DNA of 64,000 nt from the NCBI GenBank assembly GCA_965262725.1, contig OZ253555.1, positions 320,001-384,000 of the forward strand, written 5' to 3'. This document shows positions 52,613 through 63,250 of the stretch, in pieces. A program made the position numbers and the translations under genes. Numbering within the stretch: position 1 is the first letter of the stretch; each line of letters starts with the position of its first letter. This stretch comes from Dehalococcoidia bacterium (GTDB lineage Bacteria > Chloroflexota > Dehalococcoidia > UBA2979). The notes beneath the pieces were generated by a model that had not been told where the DNA came from, searched no databases, and worked only from the letters and a program-made list of their open reading frames with translations.

Positions 52613-54090
52613 ATGGCGCAGCGGACCGACCCCACCGACGCCTCGCCCGAGCGGCCCGCGCTCGCGCTCCCCGAACGGGAGCCCGACCCTGGGAACCCCT
52701 GGTCCGACGACATGCTCGATCGCAGAGCGATCGGAAAGCGCCTGACGAACATCGTCTCATCGCAGAAGGCGCCCTTCGTCATCAGCGTCGACGGCCGCTG
52801 GGGGACCGGGAAGACCTTCGTGCTGAAGCGCTGGGCGCAGGAGCTGCGCACATGCGACCCCGGCTGGCGGGCGATCTACTACAACGCCTGGGAGGACGAC
52901 TTCGCGAGCGACCCGCTGCTCGCGATCATTGCGCAGGTCCGCGAGCACCTCGGCGAGGGCTTCGCAGAGCGGGTCCGCAGCGTCGTGGAGGCGGCGGGCC
53001 CCCTGCTCTACCATGCGGTGTCGGCCGCCTCGCTCCTCGGCACCGGGATGTCCCTCCCGCCGCTCCCGACGGAAGGTGATCGCCCCGCCTCGGAGAGGCT
53101 CGACGCCTACGATGCGAAGAGGGCGGCGACGGAGGAGCTCAGGAAGACCCTGCGGCTCCTGGCGTCCGACGTCCGGGAGGAGACTGGCCACCCGGTCGTG
53201 TTCATCATCGACGAGCTCGACCGGTGCAGACCGACCTTCGCGATCGCGCTGCTGGAGCGGGTCAAGCACATCTTCGACGTACCCGATGTCGTCTTCGTGT
53301 TCGGGGTCAACCGCCACGAACTCACGCGCTCGGTGGAGTCGGTCTACGGCGCGATCGAGGCGGGGACGTACCTTCGGCGCTTCTTCGACATGGAGTTCGT
53401 GCTCCCCGAGGCTGACCCGATGCGGTTCTGCCTCTACCTGCTGCACCGCTACGGGCTGGAGGCCTTCTTCTTCGAGCTGAGCACGCGCGCACGCGGCAGG
53501 GTCACCTCACCGAGTTCCAGACGATCTCCGAGTACCTGCCCGTGGTGGTCGGCGACCTGGGTCTCTCGCTCCGGGACATGGACTACTGCGTCCGGCTGCT
53601 GGCCCTGGCGGCGGGGGACCTCGAGCAGGGTGAGACGCTCCATCCGGCGCTCTTTGTCGTCCTCGTCGCGGTCAAGATCGACGACCCGCAGCTCTACCGC
53701 CGCTTCGTCGACGGCACCGCCCGCGGCGCGGAGCTCATCGATCACCTCAACGAGCGCCGACGGCGGACCCGCGCCGGCAGCGGCCGGTACCGGACGCGCG
53801 AAGAAGGGCGCATCCTCGACCTCGTGGAGGCCGCCGTCTACTGCGCGGACGATGCCGGCATCACCCAGACGCAGCTGGAGCTGCGGCTGCGGGGCGCCGC
53901 CCCGACGCTGCCCGACTACCTCTCCTCGGAGACGGCGGAGCTCGATCGCGAGGTCCCCATGGACCGCGAGCGCCTGAGTCACCTGGAGACCATGGTCCGC
54001 AGGTGCGCCACCGATCCCGCCCGGTACGGCGTCAGTCGCAGGTACTTGGCCGGGACGATCGACCTCTACTCTGGTCCGGGGGGGCGGTGA
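52613..54090 (+). pseudogene. KAP-family P-loop NTPase, frameshifted near 53505
   Basis: GRWGTGKT, YNAWEDD and FIIDELDRCRP motifs; C-terminus continues in ORF 53542-54090. Confidence 0.87.
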
Positions 54091-54497
54091 CCGCGCGCGC
54101 CTCGTCCCTCGCGGCGCGTCGAGAGCGGGCCTGGCTCGCGACCAGCGAGGGCTTCGTCGTCGGGCACCGCGGAGACGACGTGAGCGCGGCGGGCCCGTAG
54201 CATCGGTACACGGCAGATTGCCGGACGCGCCAGCTGAGTAGCGTCGGCGTTGCTATCGAGCGGGCGGAGATCGCGAGTGCGTGCGATCGTCGGGCTCCAT
54301 CTCGTGCTAGCAAGCGCGATGCCTCCAAAATTCCGGTGTGGAGCACGGAGCGTGTGCCCGCCCGTGTGGCCATCCCCTAGGTTGCGGACGGCAGATTGTA
54401 GAGGTCGAGCCCGGCCATCTGCGCGCGTGCATGTAACCAACATGTACCCGGTTGGCGGCGCTTGCGCGGGGTCAACGCTGGGATTTGAACCTGAAGA

Positions 54498-54541
54498 TGG
54501 TGGACCTGAGGGGGCTCGAACCCCTGACCTCCACACTGCCA
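54498..54541 (-). tRNA. 3' half of tRNA-Ala(GGC) with arms on both sides (attP-like)
   Basis: Identical to 41587-41630; ATGTA(A/C)CC pairs at 54431/54442 and 54670/54681. Confidence 0.88.
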
Positions 54542-56131
54542 GGGCGCTAAGCTCGATCCTGTCCTATCCCATGCGGTCCCGCTGAGTGCCGACCAATCCT
54601 GTCTGTTCGGCCAGTGCCGAGGTTGGTGTTGCCTGCTGTACCGCCTCGTCCCATGCAGTACCACCCAACATGTACCCGAAATGTACCCACCGCAGCGGAG
54701 CTGACCGGCCTGACGGGACCCCTTCGTGAGACCGCAACCGAACCGCGTGAAGCTGCCCCGCTGAGCACGTCCGCGTGATGCTGGGCGACGCGGCCATTCA
54801 ACGCAGTGTGTCGTTCACTATCGAGAGGCCGGTCCTGAGCTGGCCACGCCAATACTCCCCGGGGGAGGCGGGCGCGTTCATGCACACGCTGAAGAGGCAG
54901 ACCGCTTAGCGCAGGACGAGGTCGCGGGCGCTCCAGTTGAATCGTTCGAGCGCGGCGAAGCGGAAGTCATCGTAATACGTCCCCGCCGCCTCCGTACGGA
55001 CGCTCGACGATCTTGCCCGTGAGTCTCCGCAGACGGGCCGTTGGGCGGCTTGGCGGTCGCCCGGAGACCCGGCCGGGACCGGGCCTCATTCGGCTGAGGC
55101 GCGTCTTTGCACGGGCCGATCACGTAGACTCACTGACATGCCATCGCGCCAGCATGAGCAGTGGAAAGGCGCGCTCCTAGACCTGCTCCTTCGGAAGCTG
55201 ACGCCCTGCGCCTACTGCTCGCTCGGGCTTCGTGCCAACCATCCCCCGTGGCACCTCTACGAAGAGCGCTCGATCGCCTCCCAGTTCATCACGTGGAGGT
55301 GTCGTTCCGGCGGACACGACCACCTCTTCGACCTGCTCGACGGAGCCGTCCGCGCCGTTGCCGAACGGCGTCTGTCACTGGAGCAGGGGGGTTACTGCGT
55401 GCCCGACATCACCATGCTCGACGCGCGCGACGAGCCAACGGCGCTGCTTGAGGTCGAGCACACTCATGCGCCGGAGCGCTCGCTCATCGCCGCCGGGGAG
55501 CGCGACATCCCGCTCTTTGTGGTGTCCGCTCCGGCGGACTGGCTGCTCGAGCCCGGCTTCGCCCCGCCCGAAGCCTGGGCCACACAGCCGAGGATCGCAC
55601 CCTGCGCGAGGGGGCGGACGCGTTCAACCGTTCACCGGGCAGCGATCTCAGCCGCCGCTTCGCGTACTCCACCGTCGAGGACGATGACGGCCGCCTCGCC
55701 TCCGGTCGCTACGTCGGCTCCGCGCCCAGCCCCGGCGACCGGCCCCCGTTGCGTGGCCACGCGATCCAGGCCCGAAGCTGCTCGTGGTCGTGTGATCGCG
55801 CGCACGAGGCCCTGAGGCGGCAGTGGCCCGGGCGCTAGGCGCGGGCCCCTCGGCAGAAGGGCGGCGGGGCTCATTCTCAATGGAAAGACGTTCAGGTCGA
55901 TGGGATTCGCTCCTTCTTCGCCGAGTCTGGGTCGGCTGGGACGACAGGGCACGCGACCAAGGGCTTATGAGACCTCCGGAATCGGTGCTGATTGGTCCCG
56001 GGACGTGCGATCTGGTCCCTCTCCAATCCTGAGTCGGGCGGTCGCCGTCACGCCGCGTCCCCTGTCGTACCGCGCTGTGCCGCGGTGTTGATCCCCAAAT
56101 TGATCCCCAATTGCTGCCCTTCTTAGCAATT
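54542..56131. repeat. About 1.6-kb duplicated unit, copy 2
   Basis: Matches 35258-36850; Met-like core at 55952-55974. Confidence 0.9.
55138..55838 (+). pseudogene. Second copy of the nuclease-like gene; one G missing near 55578
   Basis: ctgggcc versus ctggggcc in copy 1; could be a homopolymer sequencing error. Confidence 0.75.
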
Positions 56132-56269
56132 GAATCTCTGGACGCCTGAGGACGTGTACCCGCGGTTTGCTATCCCGCCTGGGGCTTGACACGGTCCGTA
56201 CGATGACGGGCTCGTATTCGCCATGTTCGCGTGCTGAAGTCACGGCGAACCCGGACCCGAGGAGACAAG

Positions 56270-57520
56270 ATGCCCTTTGAGCGGCGACTAGCGGACGAGG
56301 CCGCCGATCTCTTGGCCAGTCTCGGCTACGGGCACGTGGCGCGCGAAGTCCAGGTCGGAGCCGGTCGGAAGGCGGCTGCCCGAGCCGACTTGGTGGCTTG
56401 GGGCCCCGATGAGTCCGGCGCCCTCTCACCGCTTGTGCTCGTCGAAGTCAAGGGTACCTTCGGTGAGCCACCCCCCCGGGGAGTGCTCGCTCAGCTTGCC
56501 GCATACGCGAACGTCCTAGGCACGCCTCAGAACTTCGTGTACGACGGGTCCTGGCACGAGGCTGACCCTTCCTTCGTCGAGTTCTTTCGGTCGGAAGGCC
56601 CACGCCCATCGCGCGCGACCGCCCGGCCTTCTGTGAGCCGAGAGGCGTTCGCCCAGTTGCTGCGTGACGTCGCCGGCCAGCGGCAAGGGCCGGCGGACGG
56701 GCAGGGATCCCGCGACTGGGGAGCGCTCCTGGCAGCGAGCAGCGAAGCTCTCGAGCTGGGGACGGCGTTCGAGCCCGGAAGTGGTGCGGTTTGGGGAAGC
56801 GTCGACTGGGTCAAGGCGCAAGGCAAGGATCTCGTGCGCCAAGCGGCTACGCCTGAGCCGGTAGCACGCGCGATGGCGCAACTGCTACGGCCGTCTCCAG
56901 ACTCCGTCGTCCTTGACCCCGCCTGCGGGATCGGTTCGATTCTCTGGGCGGCAGCAGATTGGGCGCGTGCTGAGGGTGTAGGGCTCCGCTACGAGGGACA
57001 GGATATCTCCCCGCCTCTCACTGACCTGGCAAGCGCGATCGCGCATCTTTCCGGCGAAGAATTCGAGATCCGCTGCGTTGACTCTCTCACCGCCGAGGCA
57101 GACCGCGTCGACTACATCGCATGCGACCCGCCGATGGCGGCGCGGCTCGCTAGTCCCTACGTCATGGCCGACGGGTCGCCAACCACCGACGCCGATGTCG
57201 CATTCATAGATCGCGCACTGTCTCTGCTGCGGCCACGCGGGCGGGCCGTGCTCTTGGTGCGCCGCGGAGTCCTTGGCGGCGGCGGAGCCGCTCGCCGCCT
57301 TCGCGAAGCTGTCCTCGGGCGAGCTCGGGTGACCGCTGTCGTCGGGCTGCCCCCCGGCGTCCTCGAGCCTTTCACCGGCCTATCACCGGCGCTTCTCGTG
57401 CTGGAAGACGCCGCGCCAACTCAGACGCTCATGGCAGAGCTGAGGGAAGACTGGAGCGAGCAGGTGTCGCCTAGTGGCGGTTTTCTGCGTGAGTACCTAC
57501 GGCACTTGGAGGCCGAATGA
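56270..57520 (+). CDS. N6-adenine methyltransferase with N-terminal PD-(D/E)XK-like domain
   Basis: RADLV...LVEVK; TPEPVA; DPACGIGS motif I; DPPM motif IV variant; GGAG RBS. Confidence 0.8.
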   Translation: MPFERRLADEAADLLASLGYGHVAREVQVGAGRKAAARADLVAWGPDESGALSPLVLVEVKGTFGEPPPRGVLAQLAAYANVLGTPQNFVYDGSWHEADPSFVEFFRSEGPRPSRATARPSVSREAFAQLLRDVAGQRQGPADGQGSRDWGALLAASSEALELGTAFEPGSGAVWGSVDWVKAQGKDLVRQAATPEPVARAMAQLLRPSPDSVVLDPACGIGSILWAAADWARAEGVGLRYEGQDISPPLTDLASAIAHLSGEEFEIRCVDSLTAEADRVDYIACDPPMAARLASPYVMADGSPTTDADVAFIDRALSLLRPRGRAVLLVRRGVLGGGGAARRLREAVLGRARVTAVVGLPPGVLEPFTGLSPALLVLEDAAPTQTLMAELREDWSEQVSPSGGFLREYLRHLEAE

Positions 57521-58704
57521 GTCGTTGGGGGCTCGTCTGGGTAGAGCGCGAGTCCTTCGATCCCAGGTCCCTTCCTGAGCTCGCGGAAGGTGCACACCCC
57601 GCCTCATACAGCGGCCCCGTTCAGCTCGTCTCCGATGTCGCTCAGGCGATCGCCCCTCTGCGGCGCCCCCGCACCGCCGACCTCGTGGTCACCCCGCGAA
57701 GCATCGACCAGTTCACAGGACGGATCACACGGCTCTTCGAGTCCCATTCAGGGCTAGTGCAGCGCGTCGGGATCAACGGACTAGCCCTTGGTGATGTCCT
57801 TGTGCCGGCGGCCGGCGGGCTCTGTCACCTCGTAGACGGCCAAAGCGCTGCGCTGGCGTTCTCGTCGAGATTTGTGGCGCTGCGACCTCACTCTGTTTCG
57901 GGACTCATGCTGTGGGCGCTGCTGTCCTCTCGCTGGGGAATCCGGGCACGTCGATCGGCCGCTCCGGTGACATCTCGGTCCCTCTCCCCCGGCACGCTCG
58001 GCTCCATCCGGATTCCCAGTCTCGCCCACGGCGACCTCCTGGATAGTCCCCACCTCTCTCCGCCCAACGAGCGGTTGGTCAGACTCCTCCCCGAGCCATC
58101 CGTGGCTCTTGAGCTAGAAGGCGCCGAGTCGAGCCAGTGGCGGACAGTCCATCTACAGGCGATGGGTGCCTGGGACCCGCGGATCGTCGACACAGTCACC
58201 ATCACCGGTCCGCGCCGGCCGATCCGAGAGTTCGCCGATGTCACGGCGGCGAGGGGAGTGCCGGAACGGCATCAGCTCGCCGGTCCTGTTGGCGGGTCAC
58301 TGCCAGTGCTCTTGGCGCGCGACGTGAGCATCGGGGCGAGCGCGACGACGTGGGCTCCGAGGGACCTCGTAACGACGGTGGCCGCACCGGGAGACGTGGT
58401 CGTCACCAGGATCGGGCCGCGCCACCGCGTCGCTCTCGTCGACCGCGAACTAGCGATCGGCTCCGAGTTACTCGTTGTCCACTGCGGGGACCCTCAAGTA
58501 GGCCGCGCGCTCGCCTCGTACCTCGACAGTCCGGAAGGACGTAAGAGGCTCGGCGGACTTGAGATCGGATCCGTCATGCGGCGGGTACCCGCGGCAGCGC
58601 TGGCCGGGCTGGAGGTGCCCTGGCCCCTGCGAGACGGGGAGTCCGAGGCCGGGAATCGCCCAACGCTCGCCGACAGGATCGCTGAGGAGTTGCCTTGGCA
58701 CTAG
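57517..58704 (+). CDS. Divergent restriction specificity (HsdS-like) subunit
   Basis: Two TRD-like halves (GDVLV...IRIP; PGDVVVTRIG...YLDS...LEVP); ATGA-coupled to the MTase. Confidence 0.65.
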   Translation: MSRWGLVWVERESFDPRSLPELAEGAHPASYSGPVQLVSDVAQAIAPLRRPRTADLVVTPRSIDQFTGRITRLFESHSGLVQRVGINGLALGDVLVPAAGGLCHLVDGQSAALAFSSRFVALRPHSVSGLMLWALLSSRWGIRARRSAAPVTSRSLSPGTLGSIRIPSLAHGDLLDSPHLSPPNERLVRLLPEPSVALELEGAESSQWRTVHLQAMGAWDPRIVDTVTITGPRRPIREFADVTAARGVPERHQLAGPVGGSLPVLLARDVSIGASATTWAPRDLVTTVAAPGDVVVTRIGPRHRVALVDRELAIGSELLVVHCGDPQVGRALASYLDSPEGRKRLGGLEIGSVMRRVPAAALAGLEVPWPLRDGESEAGNRPTLADRIAEELPWH

Positions 58705-59552
58705 GCTGCGAGCTGTCGCCGCTCGTCCTCAGCACGCTCTACGAGAGGGTACTGAGCCTCAAGTCGGACAACTCCCTCGTAGCCTTCAGCGACCGCGCGG
58801 CGCAACTCGGTCTGGATGACGACTGGTTCCGGTCCGCGATCGACGCGTACCGGCGCATGGCGGAGCTTGACTATCCGGACGTGCACACGAACCACTCCCT
58901 GCTGGCAACGTGGCTGCTCGCTGGTGAGAGACGAAACGCCAAGCTGCAGAGTGCGGAACTGGATGCCGAGTTCGCCGCACTCCCCACGACCGACGCCGAT
59001 CACCAAGCAGTACTCAGATGCTGGACCCTGGGCAAAGTGGCATTGGCACCGGACCAATGGGGTCCTCGAGCGCTCGCCGTACCGGCCTGTCCGCCTGCCG
59101 ATCCCAATGTGGCCGCTGCCTACGAAGGGCTGATCCGTCACGCCACGGCGCTTGCGGACCACGGCGAGTTCGGGGAGATGGCGCACACGGCTGTTGTCTT
59201 CAGACTGCACACCTTGGTCGAGGGCATCCTCCCGGGCACGGACTCGCCCGAGGCACGCTTCCGGGAGCGGCTAGCGAATGTCCGAGGCATCCTGACTCCC
59301 AACGAGGCGGACACTTGGCGCGCCAGTGCGGAGCATCTCTACCACCCGCGCAATGTGATGACACACCTGCACCAAGGGAAGAGCCCAAGCAGCTTCAGCG
59401 ACTACGCGAGCGACTACGATGCCGTCCAATCGGTGCGAGCTCCCGCTCTCGCCTGCGCGCTCCTTGTGTTCGACCAGGTCAGTGTCGAGCAGAGTGAGGC
59501 TACAGGGCCTGGAGTGATCGCCGCGGTCGAGCGCGACATCGATATGGTGTGA
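58695..59552 (+). CDS. Hypothetical protein with HEPN-like RxxxxH motif
   Basis: YHPRNVMTH with upstream LVEG helix; start overlaps the HsdS-like stop. Confidence 0.6.
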   Translation: MALGCELSPLVLSTLYERVLSLKSDNSLVAFSDRAAQLGLDDDWFRSAIDAYRRMAELDYPDVHTNHSLLATWLLAGERRNAKLQSAELDAEFAALPTTDADHQAVLRCWTLGKVALAPDQWGPRALAVPACPPADPNVAAAYEGLIRHATALADHGEFGEMAHTAVVFRLHTLVEGILPGTDSPEARFRERLANVRGILTPNEADTWRASAEHLYHPRNVMTHLHQGKSPSSFSDYASDYDAVQSVRAPALACALLVFDQVSVEQSEATGPGVIAAVERDIDMV

Positions 59553-60619
59553 GGTTGACTCACTCGGCACACCGCGAGCTCACGGCGTTCCCGTCGTGGA
59601 GGAGACAGGGCTGAGCATGCCTCAGGCTGCGACAGGCCTCAATTGAGCAGCTCTTGCCGGGGTGTCACCGCGACCCGGCGCTGGAAGAGCGCTCGGGGCT
59701 CCGGCCGCACGATGACGGGCGCACGGCACTACGGCGGGTCAGCAGCGCGCTCTCTCGCCGCGGGCCGAGCGCGTACCTGTACACCCGCCGCCATTGCATC
59801 GGCAGTCGGCGGACCGGAGGGGCGTGTTGTCTCCGAGGAGTCCCGTGAAGATGCAGAGACAGTCCTCGATCTCGTGCGGTTCGAGGCGCGCGAACGCGGG
59901 GGCCAGATCGGTGACGGCGATTGTCCGCGGTCGTCCGACGACATCGACTGCATTCTGGCGAGGTTGGGGTCGCCGGCACTTGGGGGCCAACGGGTCTTGA
60001 GTTCTCCCGGCTGGTGCCCTGCGGCGGCGCTCAACCCGGTGATCCTCCGCACGACCCCCTGGATGAGGGGGGGACGGGTGCGCCGATGCGGCTGCTCGAC
60101 GTGAGCCCGCTCGTTGTCGGCGAGGGCAGTGTCATGCCCGAGCGGTGGCAGCGCCGCCTGGGCTATCGCCAGAAGCGCGGGGCTCAGCCCGCGCCGCGGG
60201 GCGGTGGAGCCGCAACGTGCGGAGCTGAGTCGGCCGCGCGAGCCCCGACGGTGTCCCAAAGCCGTGAGGTCAGCTCCAGCGCGCGACGATTGCCCTGATG
60301 GCGAGCGCGATCCGGCGCTCAACTGAAGCCAGCCGGACCAGCCCGGGCCAGAACGCGAGGATGGCCGTCTCCGTGCCGAAGCGAGGGCCGGCGACTAGCC
60401 CCAGCGCAAGCTGTCCACGCGAAGAAGGCCGACGCTGACCACGGGCTTCCAGAGGAGCGCTTTACATATCGCCCGAAGCGAGGTCGTTACGGCGCTTCCC
60501 CAGCGTGTAGCGCAGCCCAAGCGGCAGGCGGTCGCCCTCGGGATCATCGCGGTATAGATGTTCCAACATGGCCAACTCGTGGAGTTCCGCCGACTCGCGG
60601 ATGCGGCGCAACTCGTCTA

Positions 60620-62657
60620 GTGTCCCGAGTCGCAATAGAGACATATAACGGGTATGGTGCGGCACAGCGGGGTTGTGCCCCATGGGGCAGACTCTGGAGT
60701 GTAGGGTCAGGGGCTGGCGCGGTGCGAGCCGTAGGCGGTGGCGCATCAGTTCCAAGCCGGTTTCCCGGTGGTGCCCAACTCCACGGCCATAGCAGCGTCC
60801 GTCTCCAGCCCCTGCCACATCGAACCGGACGTGAGGTTCTCCCTCATCCGGCTCACCGATGCCCTTCACCAGATGGCATGCAGCGCTCCCCACAACGTGG
60901 GTCGTGCCTTGGCCAGCCGGTACAGCATGTGCGGAGAGCCTCGAACCCTACCAAGTGGTTGCTAGCCCCGAGGGGCACTCACCAGTCCACACCCCCAGCA
61001 ACATGCACGGACAAAGTAGGGGTCCTTCCCATCACCGGCGGTTATGTTGTCCGTCCGGCTCCAGCGGTACTACGACCCCCTCCGCCACCCTTCCGGCTGG
61101 CTGTCCACTTCCCGGCTCTGACCGGTTATAGGACGCCTCGCTCCGACGCCCTCTCACAGGGTGCCGGGCCGGGGAGGGCTTCTCCGGTTCCCGTCGCTAC
61201 CTTCCGTACGTTCCACGTCCCATACGCCGGGAGGTTTCTTGAGGCTGCATTCCAGGATCTTCACCTCGTCCATGGCCTTCGCCCTGACCACCCGGGCTCG
61301 GCTCCTCCTTGGTCCTGTCAATAGACAGGCGAGTCTCACGGCGCGGCAGACTTCGCGTCATGCTGCGGACCGCACGTTTGCTCCCCCTCATAGGGCTCTT
61401 GACGTCGGGCTTCGACGCAGACCGTTTCCCGTCCACGCCGCCGACCTGCTAACGGGCCTCCTGACAGTTACCCGTGCCGGACTCTCACCGGCTGGCAGCA
61501 ACGAGCATGTCTCCGGACCGGTCACGTCATCACGTCACCACCCCTTCGACTTCCGGACGCACGTGATGAGCACCCGAATCGGACGGCCGACGGTCGCGAT
61601 CGTCCTGAGCGACGAGGAGCGTGAGACGCTGGAGCGGTGGGCGCGCCGGCCGACATCGGCCCAGGCGCTGGCGCTGCGCTGTCGCATCGTCCTTGCAGCG
61701 GCCGAGGGGACATCGAATAAGGCGATCGCCGCGGCGCTCGATTGCCATCCGATCACCGTCGGCAAGTGGCGCCGGCGCTTTGCCCAGTGGCGGCTCGATG
61801 GGCTACAGGATGAGCCGCGCCCCGGGGCGCCGCGCACGATCACCGATGCACAGGTGGAAGCGGTGATCGTCACGACGCTGGAGGAGCAGCCTCCCAACGC
61901 GACGCACTGGTCGACCAGATCGATGGCAGCCGCGCTCGGGATGTCGCAGTCGGGGATCTCCAGGATCTGGCGCGCCTTCGGCCTGAAGCCGCACCTCGTG
62001 GAGAGCTTCAAGCTGTCGCCCGACCCGCAGTTCATCGACAAGGTCCGTGACGTGGCCGGGCTCTATCTCAACCCGCCCGACGCGGCGGTTGTGCTGTGCG
62101 TGGACGAGAAGACCCAGATCCAGGCACTCGACCGCACCGCTCAGACGGTGCCGATGATGCCCGGCGTCCCCGCCCGCCAGACGCACGACTACATCCGTCA
62201 CGGCACGACGAACCTCTACGCGGCGCTCGATGTCGCTTCGGGATGCGTGATCACGGAGATGACCCCCCGGCACCGGGCTCGGGAGTTCCAGCAGTTCCTC
62301 ACCCTCATCGACCGCAGCGTTCCCCGTGAACTGGCGGTGCATGTCGTGCTCGACAACGTCTCCACGCACCGCACGCCCGCCATCCAGCGCTGGCTCCAGC
62401 GCCATCCCCGCTTCACCTTGCATTTCACGCCGACCTACAGCTCCTGGATGAACCTCGTGGAGCGCTGGTTTGCAGAGCTCACCAGCAAGTGGCTCCGGCG
62501 CGGCACGCACCACAGCGTCCCTGATCTGATCCGCTCAGTGGAGATGTGGGTCGCCAGCTGGAACGAGAATCCGAGGCCCTTCATCTGGCACAAGTCCGCG
62601 GACCAGATCCTTGACAACCTCGCCGGATATCTAGAGCGCATCCCTGACTCGGGACAC
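60620..62657 (+). mobile_element. IS630-family element (about 1.18 kb net)
   Basis: TIR GTGTCCCGAGTC / GACTCGGGACAC; TA duplication within CTAG. Confidence 0.92.
60701..61562 (-). mobile_element. ORF-less group II intron, copy 2 (862 bp)
   Basis: Same length and, by eye, same sequence as 22971-23832; sits between the GGAG RBS and the start codon of the IS630 transposase. Confidence 0.92.
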
Positions 62658-62660
62658 TAG
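61566..62660 (+). CDS. IS630-family transposase
   Basis: CVDEKTQIQAL, DYIRHGT, LDNVSTH and SSWMNLVERWF motifs. Confidence 0.93.
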   Translation: MSTRIGRPTVAIVLSDEERETLERWARRPTSAQALALRCRIVLAAAEGTSNKAIAAALDCHPITVGKWRRRFAQWRLDGLQDEPRPGAPRTITDAQVEAVIVTTLEEQPPNATHWSTRSMAAALGMSQSGISRIWRAFGLKPHLVESFKLSPDPQFIDKVRDVAGLYLNPPDAAVVLCVDEKTQIQALDRTAQTVPMMPGVPARQTHDYIRHGTTNLYAALDVASGCVITEMTPRHRAREFQQFLTLIDRSVPRELAVHVVLDNVSTHRTPAIQRWLQRHPRFTLHFTPTYSSWMNLVERWFAELTSKWLRRGTHHSVPDLIRSVEMWVASWNENPRPFIWHKSADQILDNLAGYLERIPDSGH

Positions 62661-62789
62661 CACCTCTGCTTCGAAGTCGGTCATGTCAGGCATAGCGCCC
62701 CCCCTTGAGTTCGACTCAGCCAGTGAAACACCCCCTGAGGCTGTTGACCATGGCTCGCGTTGGGACCGCGCATCGCCGATCAGCTTCAG

Positions 62790-63250
62790 CGGGAAGACGG
62801 CGGCGTCCTACGACAAGTTTGCTCTCGACTCGCGCCCCCAACTCGGCAGGCTGATGGTCGCGCACAGAGGCGAGAATGACGCCATCGTCACCCACCACCT
62901 CGACGGTGCCGGGTTCCAGCAGAACGCGTCCGAACGCCACGGCAAGCGGCCTCGGGCGATGTGCGCGGACGGCCGCCGCCGCCGTGCTCGGCTGGTGGCC
63001 ACTCGCCACCCCCCGCGCGCATGCGCAGCAGGCGCCCGATCCGCCTGCGGCCCTCATCGGCCGCGACCCCCGGCGTGTATCCGTGCTGTCATCGACTGGC
63101 CTCGGGCTATCAGAAGCCGCTCATGGGCACGAGAGCTGGATGAGTACATTGCGCGCGAGGTGCTGCCGCACGTGTCGGACGCTTGGGTCGACGGGAGCAA
63201 GACGAAGATCGGCTGCAAGACCCCGCTCAACCGCCACCTCTACGAGGCTG
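62790..63250 (+). pseudogene. Remnants of type I R-M genes (HsdR and HsdM C-termini)
   Basis: DKF...LM...ENDAIVT...FQ and EYIAREVLPHVSDAWVDGSKTKIG...NRH. Confidence 0.6.

Larger units (their letters stand above)
60462..62693 (-). pseudogene. Small ORF (about 63 aa) interrupted by IS630
   Basis: Removing the IS restores MPDMTDFEAEVLDELRRIRESAELHEL...GDM*. Confidence 0.6.

Noticed and set aside
9303-56131. CRISPR array or integron attC array
   Set aside because: Repeats are long, irregularly spaced and tRNA-derived; no cas genes, attC-type ends or IntI-specific insertion recognised.
61161-61565. N-terminal extension making a 499-aa IS630 transposase
   Set aside because: Read-through of antisense intron sequence; the true start is at 61563 or 61566.
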